60,680 bases of DNA. It comes from Thermoplasmata archaeon. GTDB lineage: Archaea > Thermoplasmatota > Thermoplasmata > Lutacidiplasmatales > UBA184. The notes under the pieces are model-generated. The model made no database searches. It was not told the DNA's origin and saw only the letters and a list, made by a program, of their open reading frames with translations. The position numbers and the translations under genes were made by a program. The DNA lies in NCBI GenBank assembly GCA_028864975.1, contig JAGWLG010000020.1, positions 1 through 60,680 of the forward strand, in the 5' to 3' direction. This document shows positions 37,883-47,900 of the stretch, in pieces (position 1 is the first letter of the stretch; each line of letters opens with the position of its first letter).

Positions 37883-38874
37883 TGGCCGACGAATCCGAGA
37901 GCGCCCCCGCTAAGTTGGTGGTCGCCCGCAACGTCGCCGGCAGCGGCGTGGTCCTTGGGATCGCCAGCGGGCTCCTCCTGTGGCTCGGAGGGTACGTGGG
38001 CCCGATCCTGTTCATTCCCTTCGTCATCCTCGGAGCGGTCCTTGGCGGGGTCCTCTTCGGGATCCCGGCCTATGCGTTCGAGCGGAAGGTCATGAGGGAA
38101 CGCAGGCAGGCTGCCGACGAGGCAGCTGCGCGGAAGGCCGAAGAAGCGGCCCAGGCGCGGGCACGACAGGCCGCGGCGAGCCCGGCCGCGGCCGCTCCTG
38201 CCGCCGCACCGGTGGTCGTCTTCGTTGGAGGGGCCTCCGGTGCCTACGCGGCGGCCCAGCCCTCCGTGGTCGGCGTGCCGGGTTACGGCGGGCAGGCGGC
38301 GGGCGCCGCCGCGGGCGCCTCGAGCTGGACCCCGATGGGGAGTGCGCCGACGGCGGCCTCTCCGTCCTCCTCGTCGACCCCTTCGTCCGCCCCAGCCAAG
38401 AAGGAGCCCCCCGTGTGGCCGCTCCAAGAACCGCTCTGCATCCTCGAGACCGGTCGCGAGAAGGACGCCTGGGAGGCTGCGCGTGCGCTCAACCTGCCCC
38501 CGGAGAAGGTGATCGGGTTCACGACCTTCCCGCCCGAGGAAATCGCGAAGGAGTTCGGCCTCCCGATCCCCGCCCTGCACAAGGTCTCGCGCGTGGAAGC
38601 CGAGGCGAACGTGGACCCGGGGGACCTCGAGCGGATCGGAAACTTCATCGAGCGCCACTTGGATGGCGGCGAGGGGCGCGTGGTCGTCCTCCCCTCCGTC
38701 GAGAACCTGGTCGAGGCCGGGAACGTGCGGAACGTCCGACGGTTGCTCGAGGTGGTCCGAGACCTGGCCCAGGGGTCCCATGGCTCGATGCTCGTGACCC
38801 TCGACCCGGTCTCCCTGCCGGAAGCCCACGTGACGCTCCTGGAGCGTGGCGCGTTCAAGATCGAACGGTCCTAG
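37882..38874 (+). CDS. Membrane-anchored DUF835 domain protein
   Basis: Two N-terminal TM helices, Ala/Pro linker and DUF835-like C-terminus (VDPGDLE, VVLPSVENLV, LLEVVRD, LVTLDP.SL......LLER). TGATG overlap with the upstream gene. Confidence 0.82.
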   Translation: MADESESAPAKLVVARNVAGSGVVLGIASGLLLWLGGYVGPILFIPFVILGAVLGGVLFGIPAYAFERKVMRERRQAADEAAARKAEEAAQARARQAAASPAAAAPAAAPVVVFVGGASGAYAAAQPSVVGVPGYGGQAAGAAAGASSWTPMGSAPTAASPSSSSTPSSAPAKKEPPVWPLQEPLCILETGREKDAWEAARALNLPPEKVIGFTTFPPEEIAKEFGLPIPALHKVSRVEAEANVDPGDLERIGNFIERHLDGGEGRVVVLPSVENLVEAGNVRNVRRLLEVVRDLAQGSHGSMLVTLDPVSLPEAHVTLLERGAFKIERS

Positions 38875-38998
38875 GGCCCTCGCGATTTGCGGTGTGGCCT
38901 CACGAAATACGCAGTCGCCTCTACTTCTGAGGCGCTCGACGCGTACCTTCGACCCTCCGGCTTATGGCCCACGGAAAAGGTCCGCCGCCAGGTCCACC

Positions 38999-41641
38999 AT
39001 GCGCGGCGCGACCCTGGCGCTTTCTGCGTTCGTCCTGCTGCTCCTGATCGTGGGGGCCACGGCCCCCGGCACGTCGACCCGAGGGTCCCCCGCCGCACAG
39101 AGTTCGCCTGTCACCGTTGCCCCTCCTTCGTCGCTAGGCGCGTCTCCGCTGTACACTCCCGTCTTCCCCAGCCCGATCCGTCACGTGATCATCGTGTACC
39201 TGGAGAACGAGGAGGCTTCCAGCGTGCTCGGAACGGGCGCCTACGAGACCCACCTCGCCTACCACTACGCCTACGCGAACCAGTACTACGCGACGACCCA
39301 CCCCTCGGCGCCCAACTACCTCTCGGCCACCTCTGGCAGTTACTTCAATCAGTCCGGGAGCGACGCGTACAACATCTGGAAGTCGATCAACATCGCCGAC
39401 CTCGTCCAGAACGCGGGGGAGACGTGGGGCGGGTTCGATGAGAGCATGACCGCACCGTGCAGCGTGAACGACAGCTACCCTTACGCGGTGAAGCACAACC
39501 CGCTCACCTACTACGCCGACATCATCTACAACCACGCCAGCCGGTGCAATCCCAACGACCTCGACTTCAACGCCTGGAACTCGGATGTGTCGGCGGGGAC
39601 GGTCCCCAACTACGCGTTCATCAGCCCCAACCTCCTGGACGACGGGCACGACACCGGGGTCTCCTACGCCGACAACTGGCTCTCCGGTTGGCTCGCGCCG
39701 CTCATCAACAACACGGCGCTCTTCTCGACGAGCGTGTTCTTCATCACCTACGACGAGGGCTCTTCCAACAACGGGTACAACGGGACCGCCGGCGGGAACG
39801 TCTTCATGACCGCGGTGAGCCCGTACTCGCACTTTGGGTACTGGTCGCAGAAGCAGTACTCGCACTGGAACCTGCTCACGACCTCCGAGTGGTTGCTCGG
39901 CCTCACCGGCCACACCTACCACAACGACAACTGGACCCAATGGCCTCCGATGAAGGACCTCTTCTCCTTCCCGGCCCCAGGGCACCCCCCGTCGCACTAC
40001 GTCCTCCAGGGGACCGTAGGGGGAACCGGGGGGTCGCCCATCTCGGGCGCGACCGTTTCGACCACCCTCGGGAACACGTCGACCACGGCATCGAACGGCA
40101 CCTACCGGTTCTACCTGCTGAACGGCTCCTACACGCTCACCGCTTCGGCCCCCGGCTACACGAGCCAGACCCAAGGGGCGACCGTGGCGGGGGCGTCCCA
40201 GACCTTGGACTTCAATCTGACCGCCTCGGGAGGGCCGCGGACCTACCTCGTGTCGGGGACGGTCCAGGCGAACTATCCTTCCACCTCCGCGCTCGCTGGA
40301 GCCTCGGTCTTCGTTAATGCGACCGGAGGGAGCGGGTCCTACACCGCGACGTCCTCCGGGATCGGGACCTTCGAGCTCAATCTGACGAACGGGAGCTACA
40401 CGGTGGTCGCGACCCACCCCTACGACGCGTCCGCCACCAGCACCCTGACGATCTCGGGAGGGCCGTCCTCGGCCACCCTCACGTTGACCCCACGCCCCCT
40501 TTCGATCACGGTCTCGAGCTCCGTCCCCTCCATCTATGTAGGGAACACCGGCCGCCTCACGGTGAGCGCGACGATGCCGAGCGGGGCCCCCGCCACCGGC
40601 GCGGTCCTGTCGCTCAGCTCCACGCCCCTTTCGCTCCCGTTCTCCCCGGCGACTTTGCTGACCGTTCCGGCGAACGGGACCGGGTTCGTCTCGTTCGTCG
40701 CACCCACCACGAGCTCGAGCACCCTCGTGACCGTGACCGCGAGCGTCGCGAGCGGTTCGAACTACCCTGGTTCGGGGACCGGGACGGTCACAGTGGTCCC
40801 GAGCGGCACCGTCCTCCCAGCGACCGTGAGCGGTGTCGTGTTCAATGCGACCTCCCACGCGGTGATCTCTGGGGCGAGCGTGGTCGTGAGCGTTCAGTCT
40901 TCCGGGGCCCTCGTCCAGACCCTGACGACCAGCACTTTGGGCGCCTTCACGGCGAGCGGTCTCGCGCCAGGGACCTACACCTTCCAGGCGTCCGATGCGG
41001 GGTACTACCCCGCGGAACGCAACGTCAGCGCCGCCGCGGGCTCCAACCTCCCGAACAACGACCTGAACCTCACCCCCCAGGTTCGGGGGTCCCAGGGGGG
41101 CAGCCCCTCGGTCACGGTCTCGGCGAACCCGACGAGCGGGACGGCTCCGCTCTCCGTCACCTTCTCCGGCGCTGCGACCGGGGGCACCCCGCCGTACACG
41201 TTCGCCTGGTCCTTCGGCGACACGGCGACGAGCACGCTCCAGGACCCGACCCACACCTATGGGGTCGGGACGTTCACCGCTACGTTGTCGGTCACCGATG
41301 CCCAGGGCAGGACCGGCCGCGGGAGCGTGGGGGTCACGGTAACGAGCGGAAGCGGTCCGACCTCTACGCCGAGCGCCGGCCCGCTGTCGTGGCTCACCTC
41401 GAACCCGCTCCTCCTCCTCGCCGTGCTCGCCACCGTTGCGGCCGTGGCTGCGTTCATCGCCCTCGCGGTGCGCAGGCGCAGGTCTCCTCCGAACGAGGGC
41501 ATGACGGCGTGGGAAGGAGCCGGCCCTGTGAGCGCGGACCCTGGAACCGCGACAACCTACGCGCCCTACCCTGGCGAGCCTGTGAATCCGGGGCCGCCCC
41601 CCGGCAGAGGTTCCTTCGGGTCCTACCCTGGTCAACGGTAG
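38999..41641 (+). CDS. Secreted anchored acid phosphatase/phosphoesterase (AcpA-like) with Ig-like/PKD stalk
   Basis: From ATG 38999: signal peptide, HVIIVYLEN, THPSAPNY (catalytic Ser region), KHNP, PNLLDDGHD, ITYDEG; carboxypeptidase-regulatory-like repeats; PKD; TM helix followed by RRRR. Confidence 0.88.
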   Translation: MRGATLALSAFVLLLLIVGATAPGTSTRGSPAAQSSPVTVAPPSSLGASPLYTPVFPSPIRHVIIVYLENEEASSVLGTGAYETHLAYHYAYANQYYATTHPSAPNYLSATSGSYFNQSGSDAYNIWKSINIADLVQNAGETWGGFDESMTAPCSVNDSYPYAVKHNPLTYYADIIYNHASRCNPNDLDFNAWNSDVSAGTVPNYAFISPNLLDDGHDTGVSYADNWLSGWLAPLINNTALFSTSVFFITYDEGSSNNGYNGTAGGNVFMTAVSPYSHFGYWSQKQYSHWNLLTTSEWLLGLTGHTYHNDNWTQWPPMKDLFSFPAPGHPPSHYVLQGTVGGTGGSPISGATVSTTLGNTSTTASNGTYRFYLLNGSYTLTASAPGYTSQTQGATVAGASQTLDFNLTASGGPRTYLVSGTVQANYPSTSALAGASVFVNATGGSGSYTATSSGIGTFELNLTNGSYTVVATHPYDASATSTLTISGGPSSATLTLTPRPLSITVSSSVPSIYVGNTGRLTVSATMPSGAPATGAVLSLSSTPLSLPFSPATLLTVPANGTGFVSFVAPTTSSSTLVTVTASVASGSNYPGSGTGTVTVVPSGTVLPATVSGVVFNATSHAVISGASVVVSVQSSGALVQTLTTSTLGAFTASGLAPGTYTFQASDAGYYPAERNVSAAAGSNLPNNDLNLTPQVRGSQGGSPSVTVSANPTSGTAPLSVTFSGAATGGTPPYTFAWSFGDTATSTLQDPTHTYGVGTFTATLSVTDAQGRTGRGSVGVTVTSGSGPTSTPSAGPLSWLTSNPLLLLAVLATVAAVAAFIALAVRRRRSPPNEGMTAWEGAGPVSADPGTATTYAPYPGEPVNPGPPPGRGSFGSYPGQR

Positions 41642-41716
41642 GGACCGAGGGGCAGGCCCTTTCGCCCTCGTTCCGCAGCTCCCATCTCCGGAGCGGGGCC
41701 GACCGTCGGCATCCAC

Positions 41717-44700
41717 TTGAGCTCCGACACTTGCCTTCGACAGGAGGTCGGCCTCCTGAGCGAACCCCGTCTGGTCTCCTGGCCCCTGGGCACCCTCGAC
41801 CGAGGCCCCTACGTGGACCGCTGTCGTGAGGTCCTGCGAGCCGGAGGGAGCCGCCCGCTCCCGTCCCCGCAGGTGACTCGAGGGGGGAGCCTCAAGGATC
41901 CGCGAAGCGGAGTGAGGTCCTGCCTCTACCTCTGCGGCACGGAGCGTCTCGCCCGAGGGGTGCGCGAGGAGCTCGCCGCGAGGTCGGGCGGAGTGGTCTT
42001 CGAAGGGAGCGTCGCAACGCTGGACGCGGTGCTCGAGAGCTACACCCTCCCGGCCGAGCGGGTACCCGACGAGGAGTTCCGCCTTCGTCTGTGGGCCGAG
42101 CTTCGCCGACAGGACTCCGCCCAGGTCTCGGGGGGAACGCTCGGTTTCGTGAATGCCCTTGCCGAGGCTTGGAGCGTCCTCTGTCGGGAGGGGCGCTATG
42201 AGGGGGAGCCGTGGGAGGACCCGGCGCTCTCGCCTCTGCTCGCACCCCTCCATCGGGTCAGAGAGCAGCTTCAGAAAGAAGGTCGCAAGGAGAAGGCCTC
42301 GCTGCTGCGAGAGCTCCCCCACAGGGTGCTCGAGCGGCCGGTCCGGCTCGAGTGCCTCGTGGTGGAGGGGTTCGAAGGGTTTCCGCCCCTTCTTTCGGCG
42401 ATCATCGACGCGCTCGCCTCGGGAGCGGGCGAGTGCTGGGTCCTGACCGAGGGTGAGACCTTGCACCCCCCACACTGGGAAGTCCCCCGGGAAGGCCCCT
42501 CGGCGCTCCCTCCGGGTCGCCGGGGGAGCGGCCCGACCCCGCGGGCGGTCCCTGCCACCGTCCTGGGGGCGTGGGCTCGGGCGAGCGCCGTACCGGAGGT
42601 CCCCACGCCGCTTCCGAAGGTCCGACTTCTCTCCCACCTCGCGGGGGAGCGCGAGGAGACGGAGGCGTTTGCGAGGGAGGCGAGGAGGATCCTCGAGGCG
42701 GAGCCCACGGCGAGCGTCGTCGTCGCCGTCCCAGCTCTGCCCACCTACGCCCCTCGCATCCGGGAGACCTTCCCCAGGTACGGGCTGCGCCCCCAGGTCC
42801 GGCTCCCCCCCGCGCTCCTCGCGTCCTCGGGCGCCCAGCCGGTCCGTCGGCTGCTCGAGCTCGTTCGCGACGACCTTCCTCACGCGAGCATGATGGAGCT
42901 GCTCGAGGACTTGGAGGCCTTAGGGACCCTGGAGAAGTTCTTCGGTGCGGGGACGCGGGCCGGTCCGATCGACCGGCGGACCCGTGAGGCCCGCGCCGTC
43001 GCCGGAGCCGAGGCGTTCACGAGACAGCTCTCCGAGCACGCGACCGAGCTCCGGCAAGAGGGGGACCAGGAGGAGGCGGAAGCGTTCGACCGCATGGCCG
43101 CGGGGTTCGGGAGGCTTCTCGAGGTGCTCGCTCCCCTCAAGGGTACGCGAACTCCCTCGGAGTTCCTGGCGATCCTTCGGACCATCCACACGAGCCTGGG
43201 CTATCCTTCGGGTCCGGGGACGGGCGGACCCGTGGCCGTTCTCGACGGGCTGGAGGAGCTCTTCCGATCGTTGGAGAGGTCCCGGCCGGACTGGACCTTC
43301 GGAGACCTTGCCCAGCTCCTCGAGGTCGCGCTCGCGATCACCTCGGGGAGGGAGCGGGCCCCCCTCCCGGGGATCCTGGTCACGGGACTCCACGACGCGG
43401 GGCTTCTCGATGCGGACCATGTGCTCCTGGGCGGGCTCTCCGAGAACCTGGTCCCCGCGGACCGCCCGAGCCCGCTCATCCCGGCGGCGTCCCGAGCACG
43501 CGCGGGTCTCCCGGGAGGGGAAGAACTGGTGCAACGGGAGCGCGTCCGCCTCGCCCGCGTCCTCGCACGCGCCCGCGTGAGCGTGGTCCTCTCCTACCCC
43601 TCACGGAGCGGCGAGAGCGAAGTGCTTCCCTCGCTGCTCCTGAACGACCTCCTCGCCTGCTCGAGCCCCGTATTGGTCGCGAACGGAGCGTCGCCGGGGA
43701 CGAGCGGCCCCGCCTGCTCCTTGGAAGAGGCCCAGGTCCTGGTCGGCAGGACCCTCGGCGCCGCTCCCGCGGGTCCTGCTGGGGAGCTCACGCCCCCAGA
43801 TGGTCTTCGAGACGAGCTCCAGGGTCCTCGCTCGGCATCCTGGGCCGCGATGCTCCGAGGGATGTCCGTCGAGCGCGAGCGCCGGCGGGCACCTCGGGGG
43901 AGCCCTTGGGATGGGCCTCGAGGAGAAGTCGCGTCGCGCGAGCTGGCCCGACGGCGGTTCCCTGCGGGGCGATTCACCGTCCACGACGTCCAGGACTACT
44001 TGCACTGCCCGTACCGGTTCTACCTCGAGAGGGTGCTCGGGCTCGAGGCCCCGGAGGAAGTGAGCGATGAGGTCGACCGGGCCGACCTCGGGAGCAAGGT
44101 GCATCGAGCGCTCTTCGAGATGCTGGGCTCGCTCCGGGGCCCAGACCACAAGCTCTTACCGTTCACCCAGGAGGCGTTCCACGAGAAGGCTCCGGAACTG
44201 CATCGGAACCTTTCCGAGTTCCTCGGGCGCATCCGCCCGCGCTCCCCCGATGTCGAGAGCGTCGAGCGTCGGCTGCTGGGACCCCCGGGAGCTCCCGAAC
44301 AGGGAGCGCTCCACTCCTTTCTGCGCCACCTCCTGACCGACGCCGAGGGGGTCCGCGTCGCGTACCTGGAGCTCCCTTTCGACGACCGGGTGCCTCGCGA
44401 CCCCGCCCAGGTCGACCCCGGTCTCCGCCTGCCCCCGCTGCCCTTGGGTGAGGTGGACGGCGTGTCGCCGAGGCTCGTGGGGAGGATCGACCGCGTCGGG
44501 TTCTCTCGGCACCGACCCGCCGGGCTGGTCATCGATGACTACAAGACCGGTAGGGGACGTCCCAAGGACCAGGACTCGGCGCGCGATCAGGTCCCACAGG
44601 GTCGTGAGCTCCAGCTCCCGCTCTACATGGCGGCCGCGCTCTACGGCCTCCGTCCCACGGACCCGTCGGCCTTCCCGTACGGGATGCGGTTCGTCTGGCT

Positions 44701-44971
44701 CTCTTCGGCCTTGGAGTCCGGCTTCGTCCCGTTCCTGGCCTTCCCCCAGAAGGAGAAGGACGAGCCACGACAGCTCCAGCGGGGCATCGCGCTTGTCGAG
44801 CTCGCGGTCCGTCACGCCTCCACGGCAGCCCGAGGGGTCCTCGAGGGACGATTCCCCGTCAACGGCCGCTTCCACCACCCCGACGGAGGCTGTGCCTTCG
44901 CATCCTATTGCGAGCACGCGCGGGGGTGCCGGTTCAGCCGTCCACGGTTCGCAGGACAGGGAGCACCATGA
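41717..44971 (+). CDS. AddB-like inactive-helicase/PD-(D/E)XK nuclease subunit
   Basis: DYLHCPYRFYLERVLGL, GRIDRV, IDDYKTG, LQLPLY and a C-terminal Cys triad. ATGA overlap with the AddA-like gene. Start uncertain. Confidence 0.85.
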   Translation: MSSDTCLRQEVGLLSEPRLVSWPLGTLDRGPYVDRCREVLRAGGSRPLPSPQVTRGGSLKDPRSGVRSCLYLCGTERLARGVREELAARSGGVVFEGSVATLDAVLESYTLPAERVPDEEFRLRLWAELRRQDSAQVSGGTLGFVNALAEAWSVLCREGRYEGEPWEDPALSPLLAPLHRVREQLQKEGRKEKASLLRELPHRVLERPVRLECLVVEGFEGFPPLLSAIIDALASGAGECWVLTEGETLHPPHWEVPREGPSALPPGRRGSGPTPRAVPATVLGAWARASAVPEVPTPLPKVRLLSHLAGEREETEAFAREARRILEAEPTASVVVAVPALPTYAPRIRETFPRYGLRPQVRLPPALLASSGAQPVRRLLELVRDDLPHASMMELLEDLEALGTLEKFFGAGTRAGPIDRRTREARAVAGAEAFTRQLSEHATELRQEGDQEEAEAFDRMAAGFGRLLEVLAPLKGTRTPSEFLAILRTIHTSLGYPSGPGTGGPVAVLDGLEELFRSLERSRPDWTFGDLAQLLEVALAITSGRERAPLPGILVTGLHDAGLLDADHVLLGGLSENLVPADRPSPLIPAASRARAGLPGGEELVQRERVRLARVLARARVSVVLSYPSRSGESEVLPSLLLNDLLACSSPVLVANGASPGTSGPACSLEEAQVLVGRTLGAAPAGPAGELTPPDGLRDELQGPRSASWAAMLRGMSVERERRRAPRGSPWDGPRGEVASRELARRRFPAGRFTVHDVQDYLHCPYRFYLERVLGLEAPEEVSDEVDRADLGSKVHRALFEMLGSLRGPDHKLLPFTQEAFHEKAPELHRNLSEFLGRIRPRSPDVESVERRLLGPPGAPEQGALHSFLRHLLTDAEGVRVAYLELPFDDRVPRDPAQVDPGLRLPPLPLGEVDGVSPRLVGRIDRVGFSRHRPAGLVIDDYKTGRGRPKDQDSARDQVPQGRELQLPLYMAAALYGLRPTDPSAFPYGMRFVWLSSALESGFVPFLAFPQKEKDEPRQLQRGIALVELAVRHASTAARGVLEGRFPVNGRFHHPDGGCAFASYCEHARGCRFSRPRFAGQGAP

Positions 44972-47900
44972 GCGGCCCAGCCCCACCTTCGGGCCATCCT
45001 CGCCCCAGGTCCGTTCTTGTGCCTGCACCCGAGTCGGCCCCCCCGCCCGCTCCTGCTGTTCCCCTACCGCCGCCCCCTCCGCCTCCTCCCCCGCCAGGGC
45101 AGTTCCCGCCACCGCCCCCACCGCCTCCGGATCATGACCCCCAAGTCCTTGTTGTGGACCTCACCTCGGACGTGCTCCTGACAGCCTCCGCGGGCACCGG
45201 GAAGACCCACGCCCTGGTCGGCCGCTTCTTGGCCGCCATCAGCGATCCCCGAGAACCGGGAGGCCACCCAGCAGCTCAGGTCCCCACGACGGTGGCGATC
45301 ACCTTCAACATCGCCGCTGCGGCCGAGATGCGGAAGCGCGTCGAGCGCGCCATGAGGCACACCGCCACCGAGGGGTCCACCGGGTCCGCCCAGAGGCGCT
45401 CCTGGGAGAAGGTCCTCGATGTCCTGGACGCCGCCCGAATCTCCACGATCCATGCGTTCTGTGCGTCGCTCCTCCGCGAGCACCCGCTCGAGGCCCGGAC
45501 CATCGCCGGAGTGACCCCGGGGTTCGAGATCCTCGATGGGCCCGAGGCTGCGGTCCGATGGGACGAGGCGGTGCGAGCGACCTGGGTCCGATTGCAGCGA
45601 GAGCGGGGCGAGCTCTGGGACTCCTACCTTGACCTCTCGAGCGAGTTCGGAGGACGCGAGCTCGCGACTGCGCTTCGGGAACTGCAGGAACATCGCTTCC
45701 TGGTCACCCCTTCCTCCCTACGGACTCGGCCCCCCGCGAACGCTCCCGCGCCAGCCCGTCCTTTCCCCGCGACCTTCCTTCCGCGTCTGGCCGACCTGTG
45801 GGAGCAGGTCCAACGGGAGTATGCTCAGCTCAAGCGCGAGCGTGGGGCGCTCGACTTCGACGACCTCGAGGAGACCGCGCTCCTTCTCGTGTCCGATCCT
45901 GACATGGGAGACCGGATACGAGCGGGCATCCGACACCTGCTCGTGGACGAGTTCCAGGACGTCAGCCCTCGGCAGTTGAGATTGCTGTTGCTCCTGCGGG
46001 GTCGGGAACCTCCCGGGCGACGGGCCCTCTTCGCGGTCGGCGACCCGAAACAGTCCATCTACGCTTTCCGGGGGGCCCGCGGCGCGCTCCGAGAGCTTCG
46101 CACTGCCCTCCCGGGGCTCAAGCAAGCTCGCCTCGAGCGGACCCGGAGGTTCCGCGACCCCCTGGCGAGCTTCGTGAACCACCTCTCCTCCAGCCTGCTC
46201 CCTTCCGAAGCGATCGACGGCCCCTATACGCCCATCCTCCCTGCCGATCCTCTGGCAGCGACAGCTCCGTCCCCGACCGGGGTCGAGGTGGTCTGGCTGG
46301 AAGGCCGAGCGCGGGCGACGCCTTCGATCCCCCGCGACGAGGTTCGCCGCCAACTGGAAAGCAAGTTCATCGACCCCACCCTCCCCGGGCCGGTCGCGTC
46401 CGAGGAGTCGCTGGAACGCTCCGAGGCGGCGTTCATCGCCACCTGGGTCGAGGAGGTCCTCCGTCAAGGGAGGCGGGTGGGTTCATGGCGCCCGGGGGAC
46501 GGGAAGGAGGACCACGCGCTGGCCCCAGGGGACATCGCCGTGCTGCTCTCCTACCGGAGGCACCAGGAGGAGTACGTGGCCGCGCTCCGCGCTCGCGGCC
46601 TGAAGGTCGTGACGCATCCCGGGGCCGGCTTCCACGACCGTCCGGAAGTGCTGGATGTCCTGAACCTCCTCGCGGTCCTTGCGCGAGAGGGCGACGAGGT
46701 CGCGCTCTACGCGTTGCTCCGCTCCCCCATCTTCGGATGCTCCGACGAAGAGATCGCCACGTGGTTCCTTCCGTTCTCCACCACTCCACCGCTATCCGAC
46801 GCCCTGGCGCGGCGCGCCCGCGACGAGCCTTCCTCCCGGGCCGCCGAGGTCTCCGGATGCCTCGAGCGATGGCGTGCGCGTCGTTCGAACTCCGCACCTT
46901 CCGAGCTGCTACGGGACATCCTGGAGGAGGTCGGGGCGTGGGGGGTCTGGGCCGACGACGGCCGGGGGGGCCGTGCGGTGGCCAATATCGAGAAGCTCCT
47001 CGACATCGTCCGCGGCCTCCCGGGCGCCGGGGTCGTAGGCCTCAGCGCGATCCACCAACACCTTCTGGAACTGAGCGAGCGGGAGAGGGACGAGCCCGAA
47101 GCTGGGGTGGAACTCGCCCGCGACGCGATCAACGTGATGACCGTCCACGCCGCCAAGGGGCTCGAGTTCCCGGTGGTCATCGTGCCAGGGCTGCAACGCC
47201 AGTGGACCCGCCCGGGAGGTCCGCTCTTGGTCTCGCTGACGGGAGAGGTGGCGCTCGCCCCTCGAGACGCTTCGGACGAGGTGGACAGCCCCGAGACCGG
47301 CGAGAAGGATGAACTGCTCGCGGCGTACGAGCGGGTCAAGGGCGACCTCGCGCGTGACGAGGAGCACGAGGCCCGGCGGCTCCTCTACGTGGCCGTGACC
47401 CGGGCGAGGGAGCAGATCCTGCTCACGTGCGTTCAGCGACGCTCGAGCTCCGGGGTTCCTCTTTCCTCGACGCGCGAGCCGTGGCGCCGATGGGTGGACG
47501 AGGCTTTCCACCTCGACACGGGGGTGCTTCCTCTCGCGACCCCGGAAGGGTGGAGGCTCCTCCGCCGGCCCGCGCCCACGGTGCCCGAGGTCGAGCCCAC
47601 GGCGGGAGCAGGAGCGGGACCGACATCCACGTCGGGCGAGCCTGTACCCCTCGCGCTCTTGCCGCCCGGACGGCTCTTGAGGGGAGGCGGACGGGCCACG
47701 TTCACGATCTCCGAGCTAGACCAGATGCGTCAATGCGAGGCCCGGTGGTGGGACGCAAGGTCCTCGCCGTTGGAGGAAGGGCCCCAGGACTTGAGCGAGG
47801 GACAGGCGCGCCCGTCCGCGACGACCCTTGGAGCGCGCTCCTCAGCTGCGATCGATCCCGCACGACTGGGTTCGATGCTGCATGGCATCCTCGCGGAGGT

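Noticed and set aside
39134-42883. 1249-aa minus-strand ORF and similar long antisense ORFs (e.g. 18647-20149, 27555-28991, 37438-38829)
   Set aside because: They are shadows of well-supported genes on the opposite strand in high-GC DNA, with Arg/Gly/Pro-rich translations and no motifs.
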